Assembly (NCBI GenBank): GCA_946188105.1
Contig: CAMHTQ010000002.1
Coordinates: 3,357 to 67,356, forward strand
DNA: 64,000 nt
Origin: an uncultured Alphaproteobacteria bacterium
Lineage (GTDB): Bacteria > Pseudomonadota > Alphaproteobacteria > Rs-D84
Reading direction: 5' to 3'
How positions within the stretch are numbered: position 1 is the first letter of the stretch; each line of letters opens with the position of its first letter. The translations under genes and the position numbers were made by a program. The notes under the pieces were generated by a model that was not told where the DNA came from, ran no database searches, and was given only the letters and a program-made list of their open reading frames with translations. Of the stretch, positions 50,645-60,620 are shown in pieces.

Positions 50645-51301
50645 TTAGAAACCTTTTGGAGTTGCTAATTTGATGTTGGATACTTTTTTATTCAAAGCAT
50701 TAACAACTTCGTCAGTAATATCCAAAGCACCAGCATCTGCACCTGTTTTTGCAATACGGCCATCAATTACCAAAGACAAATTCTTTTTAGCAATGATGCC
50801 ATCAATCACAGGATCCAGGTGTTTCTTTTGCAATTCTTCCAATGCTTTTTGAGAAGATTCAGCAATACTTTGTGCGCGTTCGTTCAAAGTGCGTTGCAAA
50901 TTTGTAACACGTTTTTGATAATCGACAACACGACGTTGCAAAGCATCTTGGGACAAAACATCTTGAGATTTTTCAATTTCTGATTTTTCTTTTTCCAATG
51001 CTTTTTGTTCTTTTGTTAATTCATCACGCAATTTCTTTTCATAGTTTTCGCGTTGATCTTGGATGCTTTTAAAAGATACAGCATTAGCAGTAACTTTGTC
51101 CATGTTGATAACAGCAATACGCATTTCAGCACCAGACATTGCTTTATCAGAAACCTCGGCAATTGCTTCGTCAACTGTAACCTCGTGATGATGACCCGCA
51201 ATAGCCCAAATGCCTAATGCAGCGACAACAATGACCACAGCAGCGATAATGCCAGATTTTTTATAGTTTTTAATGATAGTAATATCGTTTGTTTTTACCA
51301 T
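50645..51301 (-). CDS. skp: OmpH/Skp family periplasmic chaperone
   Basis: IAVINM..V, long coiled coil, LDIT.EV...LN; probable start 51301. Confidence 0.8.
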   Translation of the reverse strand: MVKTNDITIIKNYKKSGIIAAVVIVVAALGIWAIAGHHHEVTVDEAIAEVSDKAMSGAEMRIAVINMDKVTANAVSFKSIQDQRENYEKKLRDELTKEQKALEKEKSEIEKSQDVLSQDALQRRVVDYQKRVTNLQRTLNERAQSIAESSQKALEELQKKHLDPVIDGIIAKKNLSLVIDGRIAKTGADAGALDITDEVVNALNKKVSNIKLATPKGF

Positions 51302-51404
51302 TTTAACCTTCCTTTTGTTGTTTTGTTCGTGCCTAGTATAGCAATAAAAAATATAAAATAAAAGAGAAATATTGAAAAAAATTATGGGTAAAAATATGTT
51401 GTAT

Positions 51405-52076
51405 TTAACGTGCCGGTGCAATACGAATTTCGATTCTGCGATTTGTCAATCTGCCAATGCTATCTTGGGAGGCAATAGGACGGGCGCTGCCACGTCCAAC
51501 GATAAACATACGACTGGGTTTTATTTCCTTGCGTGATAAAAATACACCAACACGTTCTGCCATATCCAAAGACATTGCCTTGGCGGCATTTGTATCACGC
51601 ATTGCATCAGTGTATCCTGCGATTTCTAAATATGTTGAATCGTATTTGCGTAAAATTCTGGCAACAGTATTTAATATACCTTCGCCATTTTCAGAAATAT
51701 CTGCGATGTCTGGACGCATAATCGCATTACGCACCAAAATCACAACAACATCCGAACCTGCACGTTCCACAGAAACACCCGATGTTCGTAATGCATCATA
51801 TAAATCATTTTCTAAACGAGCCATATATGCAACACTGACCATATTGTCATTTGCAACCTTGTCGCCATATTCTAATTTTGCAGAATTATTAGCAGTTGTA
51901 TCTAATAATTTTCCACCTTTGCCCAAATATACGGGACGTTTGGCAATTTTAGAAGTTTCTGTCATATCCATAAAACTAGCATCGTTCAGATAATATTTCC
52001 ATGTGTCACGTTCCGGACTGGTGTAATGCATACATCCAGCTAGCAATAAACATACAAGAAACAATTTTATTTTCAT
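51405..52076 (-). CDS. OmpA-family lipoprotein
   Basis: Lipobox LAGC; YM..LE.DL...L...GV.V.R.G; I.GYTD; GRG...P.A; NRRIEI. Confidence 0.85.
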   Translation of the reverse strand: MKIKLFLVCLLLAGCMHYTSPERDTWKYYLNDASFMDMTETSKIAKRPVYLGKGGKLLDTTANNSAKLEYGDKVANDNMVSVAYMARLENDLYDALRTSGVSVERAGSDVVVILVRNAIMRPDIADISENGEGILNTVARILRKYDSTYLEIAGYTDAMRDTNAAKAMSLDMAERVGVFLSRKEIKPSRMFIVGRGSARPIASQDSIGRLTNRRIEIRIAPAR

Positions 52077-52535
52077 TTATCTTACAATAATAGATATGTA
52101 ATTTCTTTGTCCGCTAACGCAACTTTCAGCACCAGCATTTGGTATTTTATTTACAACCACAGATTCCGCCCAACTGATTCTTTTTGTTGCAAAATAAGAA
52201 CAATCACTGTTGCTGATATTGGTAAGGTTAAAGGCAAATGTTTGACCATCAATTCCCGCAGTAATAGACCAATCTTCGCCACCAATTGGTGCAGACGATT
52301 TTGTCATTGCCCCAGATTTGATTAAATAATCTATGGATACACCGGTGTAATCGCCACCTGTTTCCAACAATGTTTTTGTATCGCGTGCAATTTGTTCCAT
52401 TTCAGACAATGCAAAATTACGAATTTGATTTGTGCGTAACATAGCAAATGTTTTATATGCCGCAGCAGTCATTATCAATCCAATTGTCAACACACCCAGC
52501 ATTTCAATCAAAGAACGTCCATATTCTGCTTTCAT
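52077..52535 (-). CDS. Type IV pilin (PilS-like major pilin)
   Basis: Class III signal MKAEYG|RSLIEMLGVLTIG with Glu5; hydrophobic helix; C-terminal Cys pair. Confidence 0.8.
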   Translation of the reverse strand: MKAEYGRSLIEMLGVLTIGLIMTAAAYKTFAMLRTNQIRNFALSEMEQIARDTKTLLETGGDYTGVSIDYLIKSGAMTKSSAPIGGEDWSITAGIDGQTFAFNLTNISNSDCSYFATKRISWAESVVVNKIPNAGAESCVSGQRNYISIIVR

Positions 52536-52554
52536 ACATTCTCTCCTTATATTT

Positions 52555-54090
52555 TTATTTTGAAACTTCAACAATTTCAGCACCCTCGAAAAGTCCCATT
52601 GCACTTGCCATCATTGGATCTTTTGCCAATTCTTGTTGTTGGTGTTCTGATGCAGTTGGAACATTACAAGATTCTGTGGAACGAACCAAATTCCATTTAT
52701 GCCCAGTATATTTTTCTAACCAATCAGACAATTTTCTGGAAAAATCTTTGTCATTACCACGATCAAAATAATTTAATTTTCCGTCTTGGATTTCGCATAC
52801 TTCTACATTTTCAGAAAAATACGAGAATAACAAAATTTGTTTGTCTGATTGCATTGCCTTGGCCAATTCATCAGCGGTCGCAATGGTTTTTGTTTGTGGG
52901 GTGGTTTGTTCTGCGGGTTTAACAATTGGTTGAGCCGCAGGTTGCACAGTATTGTTTTTTAATATATCAGGAATAGATGGCATATCGGCAATATGCATCA
53001 TACGAACAACCAACATATCAAAACATTGTTTTTGATTCCCAGACATCTGCATTTCAGAAACAGCCGCAACCATAACCTGCCAAATTCTGGATAAAGTGTT
53101 CAAAGATATGCGGGCATCAATCTTTTTAATTCTTTCACGTTGATCTGCGGTATATGGCGAATTAGATCCGTCACCACTGTTCACAGATTGGTGCATACGT
53201 GTTGCCCAATGTGTCCATTCCATCATATCAGACAATAACATTGTTAAATCGGCACCATTTGTATAGATGGAATCAATCATATCTAATGCCTTGGCTGTAT
53301 CACCAGATAAAATAACATCCATAAAGTCCACAACAACATTACGATCGGCACGTTTTAACATGCTCATAACCGCCTGTTCATCAACATGACCGCCTGTTTG
53401 TGCAATTGCCTGATCCAACAAAGATAATCCATCACGAACAGAACCGTCTGCGGCACGTGCCAATAATTCATTTGCAGCATCAGACAAATCAATTTTTTCC
53501 TGATTTGCAATCCATGCAAAATGACTTTTTAATGTGTCAACTGGAACACGAACCAAATCAAATCTTTGGCATCTGGATAAAATAGTAACAGGAACCCTGC
53601 GAATTTCGGTTGTTGCTAAAATAAATATAACATGTGCAGGTGGTTCTTCTAATGTTTTCAGCAACGCATTAAATGCGGCCGTAGATAACATATGAACTTC
53701 GTCGATGATATAAACTTTGTAACGACCATTTGTTGGACGGTATTGTGCCGCATCCAAAATATCACGAATGTTATCAACCCCGGTATGTGATGCAGCATCG
53801 ATTTCCATAACATCAATATGTTGACCTGCGGCAATTGCACGACAATTTTCACAAACCCCACAAGGTGTTGCGGTTGGGCCGTCAGATGACAGGCAATTTA
53901 ATGCCTTGGCCAAAATACGTGCCGTACTGGTTTTACCAGTTCCGCGAATTCCGGTAAAAATATATGCGTGTGCAATGCGTCCGGTGTTAATAGCCGTTGT
54001 TAATGTTTTTACTAAAACATCCTGTCCAATCAAAGAGTTAAAATCTTGACTACGATATTTGCGTGCCAATACTGTATAAGTGTTGTCCAT
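52555..54090 (-). CDS. dnaX: DNA polymerase III subunit gamma/tau
   Basis: LARKYR, G.RGTGKTS.ARI.AK.LNC, EIDAAS, IIDEVHML, TILSRCQRF. Confidence 0.97.
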   Translation of the reverse strand: MDNTYTVLARKYRSQDFNSLIGQDVLVKTLTTAINTGRIAHAYIFTGIRGTGKTSTARILAKALNCLSSDGPTATPCGVCENCRAIAAGQHIDVMEIDAASHTGVDNIRDILDAAQYRPTNGRYKVYIIDEVHMLSTAAFNALLKTLEEPPAHVIFILATTEIRRVPVTILSRCQRFDLVRVPVDTLKSHFAWIANQEKIDLSDAANELLARAADGSVRDGLSLLDQAIAQTGGHVDEQAVMSMLKRADRNVVVDFMDVILSGDTAKALDMIDSIYTNGADLTMLLSDMMEWTHWATRMHQSVNSGDGSNSPYTADQRERIKKIDARISLNTLSRIWQVMVAAVSEMQMSGNQKQCFDMLVVRMMHIADMPSIPDILKNNTVQPAAQPIVKPAEQTTPQTKTIATADELAKAMQSDKQILLFSYFSENVEVCEIQDGKLNYFDRGNDKDFSRKLSDWLEKYTGHKWNLVRSTESCNVPTASEHQQQELAKDPMMASAMGLFEGAEIVEVSK

Positions 54091-54155
54091 AATAATACTT
54101 TCCTTTGGCAAAAAGAATACCAAACAAAAGGAAAATTTCAACAAATAAAATAGTT

Positions 54156-54494
54156 TTAATTCAGATTTGTGATAAAGTCAGGAAAGCCCATGTCTTCATC
54201 GCTATCTGTCTTGATTGCAGAATCAGATTCAGCATTTTTTTCTTCGGCAGCAACTTCGGCCTCGGCCTCGGCCACAGCAGCGGCCTTTTCCTTGGTGTCA
54301 CGAATAGAATCAATTTTTTCTTGTTCTGCATTTGTCATACGCACGCAATGTTCTGCGGCCTGTAACAAACGTTCGCGTTCAATTTCATCATTTGTAACAC
54401 GTGCCTGGTCAATCAGTTGTTTACGTTTAACACGCCACTTGTGGCAACGTTGAATCATCAATCCAACAGAAGACTGGTTTTTTTTATTTTGCAT
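54156..54494 (-). CDS. DUF4167-like protein
   Basis: L..QAR..ND.IE.E..LQ.AEH..R resembles the alphaproteobacterial DUF4167 core; acidic tail ending PDFI. Confidence 0.6.
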   Translation of the reverse strand: MQNKKNQSSVGLMIQRCHKWRVKRKQLIDQARVTNDEIERERLLQAAEHCVRMTNAEQEKIDSIRDTKEKAAAVAEAEAEVAAEEKNAESDSAIKTDSDEDMGFPDFITNLN

Positions 54495-54637
54495 ATTTTT
54501 TCTTTATTTTTTTAATCAAAACACATGGCTGTCGTTTATCAAAATCAGCCAAACCGATAAACAATATAAATCATCTTAAAACTGATTGCAATATCTTTTT
54601 TCTATTGCTAAGCTATTTACATATAAAGAGAGAATAA

Positions 54638-55999
54638 TTGTTCAAGGAACGGGGGAACTTTTTATTACAAGCATTACTAGCAATATCATTGCTATTTGTT
54701 TTTATACCCGTATTAACAAAACGACTGGTTGTGAACGACACAGATTCTAAAATGTATTCTGCGGTGCATCAAATTGATATGGCACAAACAGCATCTCGTA
54801 TTTTTATTCGTGAAAATGTTGATGCATTGCCTTATGGAAAAACAACAATACGCGGTAATGATTTTGCAGATGTTTTGGAACCATACGGATTACCATTGGG
54901 ATATGTCCCAAAAACCGCATTTAACCAAGATATATATTTAATCGTAGACAAGGATGAAACGGGTGTTGGTGGCACATTGTTTGTCGAAGGTGGCAAATTA
55001 ACTGATGTCCAAATTGCCGAAATGATTCGCAGAATTGGATTTTATGCCGGTCGTACCGAGGCGGGTTTGGCAATTGGTGTTCCGTTAAATACATTGTATC
55101 AAGACGTGGTTCGTCGTAATGAAACAGATATAAACGATTCTATGTTTTTAACAGATTTGGATATGAATAAATTTAACATAGAAAGTACAGACAGTGTCCT
55201 AGGACATAATTTGGTTTCTAAAACTGCGGACTTTGACACATTGTCGATTGTTGGAAATGAAACAGAAAGAAATTCTAAAAATAAAATCAAAGTATTAAAT
55301 TCTAACAGAAGTATTTTTCAATCAAAATCAGGTGGTTCTGCATTGGCTTTGACACGTGGTTCGTTAAAGGCGAAAAATGTTTTTGGAAAAACAATTGCCC
55401 AGTATGGTTCTACGGGGCTTTTTGAATCTGATTCTGCATCGGTATACTCGTTTGATATGACGGCAGGTCGTACAGGATTTAGTGGGCCTGTGACATGGGA
55501 TGTTCGTGGAAATATAGAAACAGAACATATCGCATTGGGTGTCGAAAGATTAGAGGTCGGTTCATATCTGAACGTCAGCAGTGGTCAAGATGTGTATGTG
55601 TCCAGTGCATCTGGTGATTTATCTTATAACACATCCAGTGGAATTTCTGTTGGTTCTTTGACTGCATCGCATATAACATTGCGTGACCAAACGTCCAAGG
55701 CATTAAATGCTGGCGAAAGTGGTGCTGTGATTATCGATATTCGTCCGGCCAGTACAACCGTATTACCAGATGTCCAAGTTGCAGGCCTGAACAACGATGG
55801 TTTTGCAATATTAAAAAATCCAAAGAAAGACGATGGCGACACAATGACCTGTCGCGAGGTTATAGCACAATTGGGTGAAACATATAACACTAATTCTTTG
55901 GCACAACACATAGTATGCGAATATTTATTCTGGGAAAGATTGGAACAAAGAATAAACGCGAAACAATGTTTAATGGCAGGTGGCAGTGACTGTATCTAA
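54638..55999 (+). CDS. PilV-like minor/tip pilin 1 (lacks Glu5)
   Basis: ERG|NFLLQALL prepilin-like N-terminus; L..YGLP.G; M...DLDMN.FNI motif; beta-rich C-terminal half. Confidence 0.7.
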   Translation: MFKERGNFLLQALLAISLLFVFIPVLTKRLVVNDTDSKMYSAVHQIDMAQTASRIFIRENVDALPYGKTTIRGNDFADVLEPYGLPLGYVPKTAFNQDIYLIVDKDETGVGGTLFVEGGKLTDVQIAEMIRRIGFYAGRTEAGLAIGVPLNTLYQDVVRRNETDINDSMFLTDLDMNKFNIESTDSVLGHNLVSKTADFDTLSIVGNETERNSKNKIKVLNSNRSIFQSKSGGSALALTRGSLKAKNVFGKTIAQYGSTGLFESDSASVYSFDMTAGRTGFSGPVTWDVRGNIETEHIALGVERLEVGSYLNVSSGQDVYVSSASGDLSYNTSSGISVGSLTASHITLRDQTSKALNAGESGAVIIDIRPASTTVLPDVQVAGLNNDGFAILKNPKKDDGDTMTCREVIAQLGETYNTNSLAQHIVCEYLFWERLEQRINAKQCLMAGGSDCI

Positions 56000-57260
56000 A
56001 ACGAAAATTTTTGATAATACATCGCGTGGTGCTTCGCTGATAGAGGTTATCTTGGCGTTGGCGATTGTCGCTGTGGCAACACCATTTATGTATAAACAAA
56101 TGCAAAACACATACAGTGATATTGAAAATGTCACTGTGGCACAAAACATTGTTGATATCCAAGACAGTGCATTAAATTTTGTTCGTTTGAACCAAGAAAA
56201 TTGGCCTGACGAGGCAGAAATACATTTAACAGAACAAGAATTACAAGAAATATCTCCATATGTAATGGGTGGAATTATTGATAAACGTAAATATCGTGGA
56301 ACATCGATAACTGATATATATTTGGCATTTGATTTATCTGATTCTTTGGTCAGAACGAATCAAATTGCAAAACAAATCGGCACAGATGCCGCGGTTGTCG
56401 ATGAAAATGGTGTGGCATACGGCAGTTCCTGGGCCGTATCCAGTCCAGATTTTAAACCTGGGTATTTGATATATAAAATTTCACATAATTTCGCAACCCA
56501 AGACAGAACGAATTTCTTGCATCGTGGGGCATCTGATACTGCGGCTGTAAAACAAAAAAATTCTAAAAACAAAAAGACAACATCTGATTCTGATACAGAA
56601 AAAAATGCAGCATTGGAAAATTTAAATGCTATGTTGCGTAATTTAAATATGGGCGGCAAAGATTTATTAAATGTTGGAACATTGGATGCAGAAAATGTAA
56701 GTGTAAAAAACATAAATGCCACATTTGTAAAAGCCCAAGATGTTGATGCGGATGCTGTGTATTTTTCATCTGGTGCAAATTTACAGGGTAATGATGCTAT
56801 AATTGATACAATACGTGCATTGGGCGATATCAGTGGATTTCGCAGTATTACCGCCAACAATTTAAACGGAAATAATTTCAGTAATTCAGGTGCAATTATT
56901 GCTGACCGTGCAACAATAAAACGTTCGGTCAGAATTGGAAATTTATTCAAATTACGTTCGTCCAGCAACAGAACAATCAGTGCATTTACCGCTATATCAT
57001 CAAACACAGTTTCGACACCTTATGTTTCTGCGACAGATATGGTGTTTTATGGTGATTTTGGGTTAACGGTTTCTGGTGAATTATTGATGTCACAAATTGC
57101 ACCAATAAAAATTGGCAGTTGGACATTCCCATCCAGTCAAATGCCAAAATTTTCTGAATTTAAATTAGGACGTGCCAAGATAAACGAAACCCCAGATAAA
57201 TCTGAATTTGATGCAATTATGTCATCAGATTGGCAAATAAAAGAAAGTGTGGAACACTAG
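55980..57260 (+). CDS. PilV-like minor/tip pilin 2
   Basis: SRG|ASLIEVILALAI; FLHR...LNAMLRNLNMGGKDLLNVG resembling the shufflon PilV constant region. Confidence 0.75.
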   Translation: MAVTVSKTKIFDNTSRGASLIEVILALAIVAVATPFMYKQMQNTYSDIENVTVAQNIVDIQDSALNFVRLNQENWPDEAEIHLTEQELQEISPYVMGGIIDKRKYRGTSITDIYLAFDLSDSLVRTNQIAKQIGTDAAVVDENGVAYGSSWAVSSPDFKPGYLIYKISHNFATQDRTNFLHRGASDTAAVKQKNSKNKKTTSDSDTEKNAALENLNAMLRNLNMGGKDLLNVGTLDAENVSVKNINATFVKAQDVDADAVYFSSGANLQGNDAIIDTIRALGDISGFRSITANNLNGNNFSNSGAIIADRATIKRSVRIGNLFKLRSSSNRTISAFTAISSNTVSTPYVSATDMVFYGDFGLTVSGELLMSQIAPIKIGSWTFPSSQMPKFSEFKLGRAKINETPDKSEFDAIMSSDWQIKESVEH

Positions 57261-57261
57261 G

Positions 57262-58575
57262 ATGAAAAAACAAAATAAATTTTTATCAAAACAACAAAGC
57301 GGCAGTATGCTGGTTGAATTATTATTAAGTGTTGCTTTGGCGATGTTGATAATACCTTTTGTTTTTAAATATCAACGCAATGCAGTTGAACGTCGTGAAA
57401 ATATCGAGGTAACACGTCAAATGGCTGATATCCAAGGTGCGCTGGAACGGTATGTCATAGAGAACCGCGAGGCATTATTAAAACCATTGGGAAAAAATAT
57501 TGTTCGTGTTGAAATATCAGAACTGGGCAAATATGGATTAAATGACGGAATAATAAACAACCCAGATAACAAATATCAGTTAAGGGTGTTAAAGTCCAAA
57601 GATTTTAATGGGCAATCAACATTACAAGGTGTTGTCGTATATGAATCTGATAAAATAACACCGTTTCGGACCCGTCAAATTGTGAACTTGGCAGGCGGAC
57701 ACGTTGGTTTTATCGAAGGTAAACGTGCATACGGTGTAAATGGAACATGGAATGCAGATGTTGCGGCTTTGGGAATAAATTCTGGTTCTGGTATTGTCAG
57801 CACCACAACAATCAGTCGTGACAATGCATTGTATTTATGGCGCGTTCCTACGAATAACGAAGATGATGCGACAATGCGTGCATCTTTGAATCTGGGCGGA
57901 CACGATGTATCAAATGTTGCAAATATTGGATTTGTATCAGGTTCGTTCGATGAATTTTTAGATGCAGAAAAAATAGTAACGCGTAATTTAATTTTTGATA
58001 ATCGCACAACCATAGACAGTGTATTCACGACCAAAAGTGCAACCGTATCTGGTTCTTTGACGGCGGATTCGCGCAGTTTGGAAATATCTGGTCGTTTATC
58101 TTTGACAGATACTGGTAAATTTTCATCTTTCACAACAAACGATTTGTTTGTAACGAATTTAACATTACCCAGTTTAAGCATAGAAAATCCTGATAATGAA
58201 CCTGTTATTTTAACTGTGAATGGTTCTTTGAAAATGACATACGGCAGTATTACCGCATTAAATGTAACGGTTGGTTACGCGGGATCTATTACACCACGAT
58301 TGACGGTTACCAACAAAATAACCGACACATCAAATTCGCACTATTTTTGGGATGTTGCACAATCCAGTGCCAGTTTTTCAGATTTATACCTGGGGGATTT
58401 AAACCGCATGATAAGTTATTTACCACGCTCAGAATTTGATACAACAACATCGGCTGGTCGTAAAATCAGTGCGATTGCCAGTAATGCCAATGCGACAGTT
58501 TCAGATTACCTGAATGCATTGAACAGTGTGGCAGCAGAAATAAGGGCAAAATATAGTTTGTTGAAATTGCAATAA
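57262..58575 (+). CDS. PilV-like minor/tip pilin 3
   Basis: QSG|SMLVELLL; GG..GFI....AYG..G.W; YLWR......ATMRASLNLGGHDVSNV typical of the PilV N-region. Confidence 0.78.
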   Translation: MKKQNKFLSKQQSGSMLVELLLSVALAMLIIPFVFKYQRNAVERRENIEVTRQMADIQGALERYVIENREALLKPLGKNIVRVEISELGKYGLNDGIINNPDNKYQLRVLKSKDFNGQSTLQGVVVYESDKITPFRTRQIVNLAGGHVGFIEGKRAYGVNGTWNADVAALGINSGSGIVSTTTISRDNALYLWRVPTNNEDDATMRASLNLGGHDVSNVANIGFVSGSFDEFLDAEKIVTRNLIFDNRTTIDSVFTTKSATVSGSLTADSRSLEISGRLSLTDTGKFSSFTTNDLFVTNLTLPSLSIENPDNEPVILTVNGSLKMTYGSITALNVTVGYAGSITPRLTVTNKITDTSNSHYFWDVAQSSASFSDLYLGDLNRMISYLPRSEFDTTTSAGRKISAIASNANATVSDYLNALNSVAAEIRAKYSLLKLQ

Positions 58576-58598
58576 AATGTGCTATATATGGAGATGAC

Positions 58599-59111
58599 AT
58601 GAAAATAAAATGTGATTTTTGTAAGACAGAATATACACTCAGCAAGATACCTGCAACGCCTGTTCGGTGTGCGATATGCGGTCACACTTGGTTTGTAAAA
58701 ACCCCATCCAGACGTCAGGTATGGTGTAAATTTTTGGCTGCATTATGTGCATTGATTGTCGTTATAATCTTTTCTGCGGTTGTTATAAAAAAGCATCAGG
58801 CAAATAAAGAAAGCAAATCTCCATTGGTCGCATCAATCATAAAAACAGAATTAGCCCCAGACGGTAACGGTGTAAATCATTTTATTGTATCTGGGATTGT
58901 TGAAAACCACAGTGATTCAATTTACAGTGCGCCAAATATATTACTTTTTACATACGATGAAAAAGGAAATCAGGTCAATTCGGCTGAGCAATTTAATCCA
59001 CCGGTCACATTATTGGATGCGGGGGCGCGTGCTGGATTTGTTTATACTTTGCGTGCACCATCATTGGGTGTTAAAAAGATTGTGGTAAAATTGGGGGAGT
59101 TTGAAAAATGA
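58599..59111 (+). CDS. ZitP-like zinc-ribbon/TM/DUF3426-like protein
   Basis: CxxC...Y...VRCxxCGxxW zinc finger, one TM, periplasmic VSG.V.N......AP.I.....D..G domain. Confidence 0.7.
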   Translation: MKIKCDFCKTEYTLSKIPATPVRCAICGHTWFVKTPSRRQVWCKFLAALCALIVVIIFSAVVIKKHQANKESKSPLVASIIKTELAPDGNGVNHFIVSGIVENHSDSIYSAPNILLFTYDEKGNQVNSAEQFNPPVTLLDAGARAGFVYTLRAPSLGVKKIVVKLGEFEK

Positions 59112-59581
59112 AGAGAATAATTGCCTTGTTATCTGTTCTGTTTTGTTGCTCTGCCTTTGCAGACGACAGTTCATCAACGACACCTTCTGTCGCCCCCAGG
59201 GTCAGTTTATTTTCAACAACTGTTGATTGGCATGGTGTAACAGGTTTATCACTTTCGCAATATACAGGTGAATTTTCTGGTTATGATAGGAATTTATTGA
59301 AAAACGGTTTAATTTTATATTATCTGGATTCATTTCCCTGTTATGGCGAGGCCGACAGTGTTCGTGTCTGGATATCCCCAAACGGTGATGCTGTGGGCAA
59401 GTTAAGATTGGTATGTATATATCCACCCAAAGAATTAAAATTTGCATGGCGTAATGCCCCCCAGGATGCCGAACAGGCAGAAACCACCGGATTATTGGTT
59501 TGCCCGGTGGACGGCGATTATGAATTAAAAATTGATTTATCAAAATGCGAGAAAGGCCCAGATTGGAAGGAATATAAATAA
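59108..59581 (+). CDS. Exported hypothetical protein
   Basis: Signal peptide (SAFA-D), four Cys in the mature part, ATGA overlap with upstream gene. Confidence 0.7.
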   Translation: MKRIIALLSVLFCCSAFADDSSSTTPSVAPRVSLFSTTVDWHGVTGLSLSQYTGEFSGYDRNLLKNGLILYYLDSFPCYGEADSVRVWISPNGDAVGKLRLVCIYPPKELKFAWRNAPQDAEQAETTGLLVCPVDGDYELKIDLSKCEKGPDWKEYK

Positions 59582-59597
59582 GGTTTCAAGGAATATT

Positions 59598-60551
59598 ATG
59601 CAACGAGAGTTTATTGTATCTGAAAGTGATGTTGGAATACGTCTGGACAAATTTCTGGCGGCACAAATGCCTGAATTTTCGCGGAGTGAAATTCAAAAAT
59701 TTATCGTATCACGTGGTGGCACATCTGTAAAATTTTCTGACAAGGTGCGTTTGGGCGAAATGTATATCGTTGTTGTCCCAGACACCCCTAAAAATACTGC
59801 GGCCGCAGACAATAAATCATGTGATTTTGATTTGGATATTTTATACCAAGACGATGATATTATCGTGATAAACAAACCGCGTGGTGTTGTTATGTATCCA
59901 TCGGCTGGGAATAAAACTGGAACATTGGTTCAGAATTTATTGTGTTATACATCATTGTCGTCATTGGGTGGTGATATTCGCCCAGGGGTTGTTCATCGTT
60001 TGGACAAGGATACATCGGGTGTTATGGTTTTTGCAAAATCAGATGCCGCCTATCGCGAATTGGTTAAAATTTTCTCAAATCATGATTTAACCCGCAAATA
60101 CGATGCATTTGTTTGGGGTGTTCCGAATTGGGAAAGTGCGACAATAACTGGCAACATTGCCCGTTCTTCACGCAATCGTCAAAAAATGACAATGGTAAAA
60201 TCCGGTGGCAAACCCGCCACGACCCAGGTCCAAGTTATCGATGCTTGGTCGAATGCTGGGGTGTCTTGGTTCAAATGCAATTTGTTGACTGGTCGCACCC
60301 ATCAAATCAGGGTTCATTTATCTGCCCATGGATTTCCAGTTTTATGTGATCCGACGTACGGACATGGCACATCTCGATTTGGCAGTGTTAAAAATCCAGA
60401 ATTACTAGAATTTTTGAAAACCCACAACGGTCAAATGTTGCACGCGTCATATTTATCGTTCAAACACCCGATAACTGGCGAAAATGTCAGTTTCAAGGCA
60501 CCATTACCTGACGATATGCAAACATTACGTGAAATATTAGAAAATTTATAA
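59598..60551 (+). CDS. rluD: 23S rRNA pseudouridine synthase RluD family
   Basis: RLDKFLA S4 domain, NKP.G, RPGVVHRLDKDTSG, TGRTHQIRVH, Q.LHA..L.F.HP. Confidence 0.9.
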   Translation: MQREFIVSESDVGIRLDKFLAAQMPEFSRSEIQKFIVSRGGTSVKFSDKVRLGEMYIVVVPDTPKNTAAADNKSCDFDLDILYQDDDIIVINKPRGVVMYPSAGNKTGTLVQNLLCYTSLSSLGGDIRPGVVHRLDKDTSGVMVFAKSDAAYRELVKIFSNHDLTRKYDAFVWGVPNWESATITGNIARSSRNRQKMTMVKSGGKPATTQVQVIDAWSNAGVSWFKCNLLTGRTHQIRVHLSAHGFPVLCDPTYGHGTSRFGSVKNPELLEFLKTHNGQMLHASYLSFKHPITGENVSFKAPLPDDMQTLREILENL

Positions 60552-60620
60552 CCTTAACTTATTCTTTTTTCTTTTATTTTGTGCAAATATATGATAAAAT
60601 AACTTGTATAAAATAGGAGA

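Noticed and set aside
54091-54155. SRP RNA (ffs), often found upstream of dnaX
   Set aside because: The gap is only 65 nt, AT-rich and lacks the conserved SRP domain IV motif
54526-54562. Apparent H-type pseudoknot (TGGCTG/CAGCCA interleaved with GTTTATC/GATAAAC) upstream of the DUF4167-like gene
   Set aside because: A TTGCAA-17-TATATT promoter (54591-54563) puts the TSS inside the first arm, and one loop is only 2 nt, so it is unlikely to form
54638-58575. Shufflon or DNA-inversion system
   Set aside because: All three genes are full-length and co-directional; no Rci-like recombinase or repeated sfx-like sites are visible
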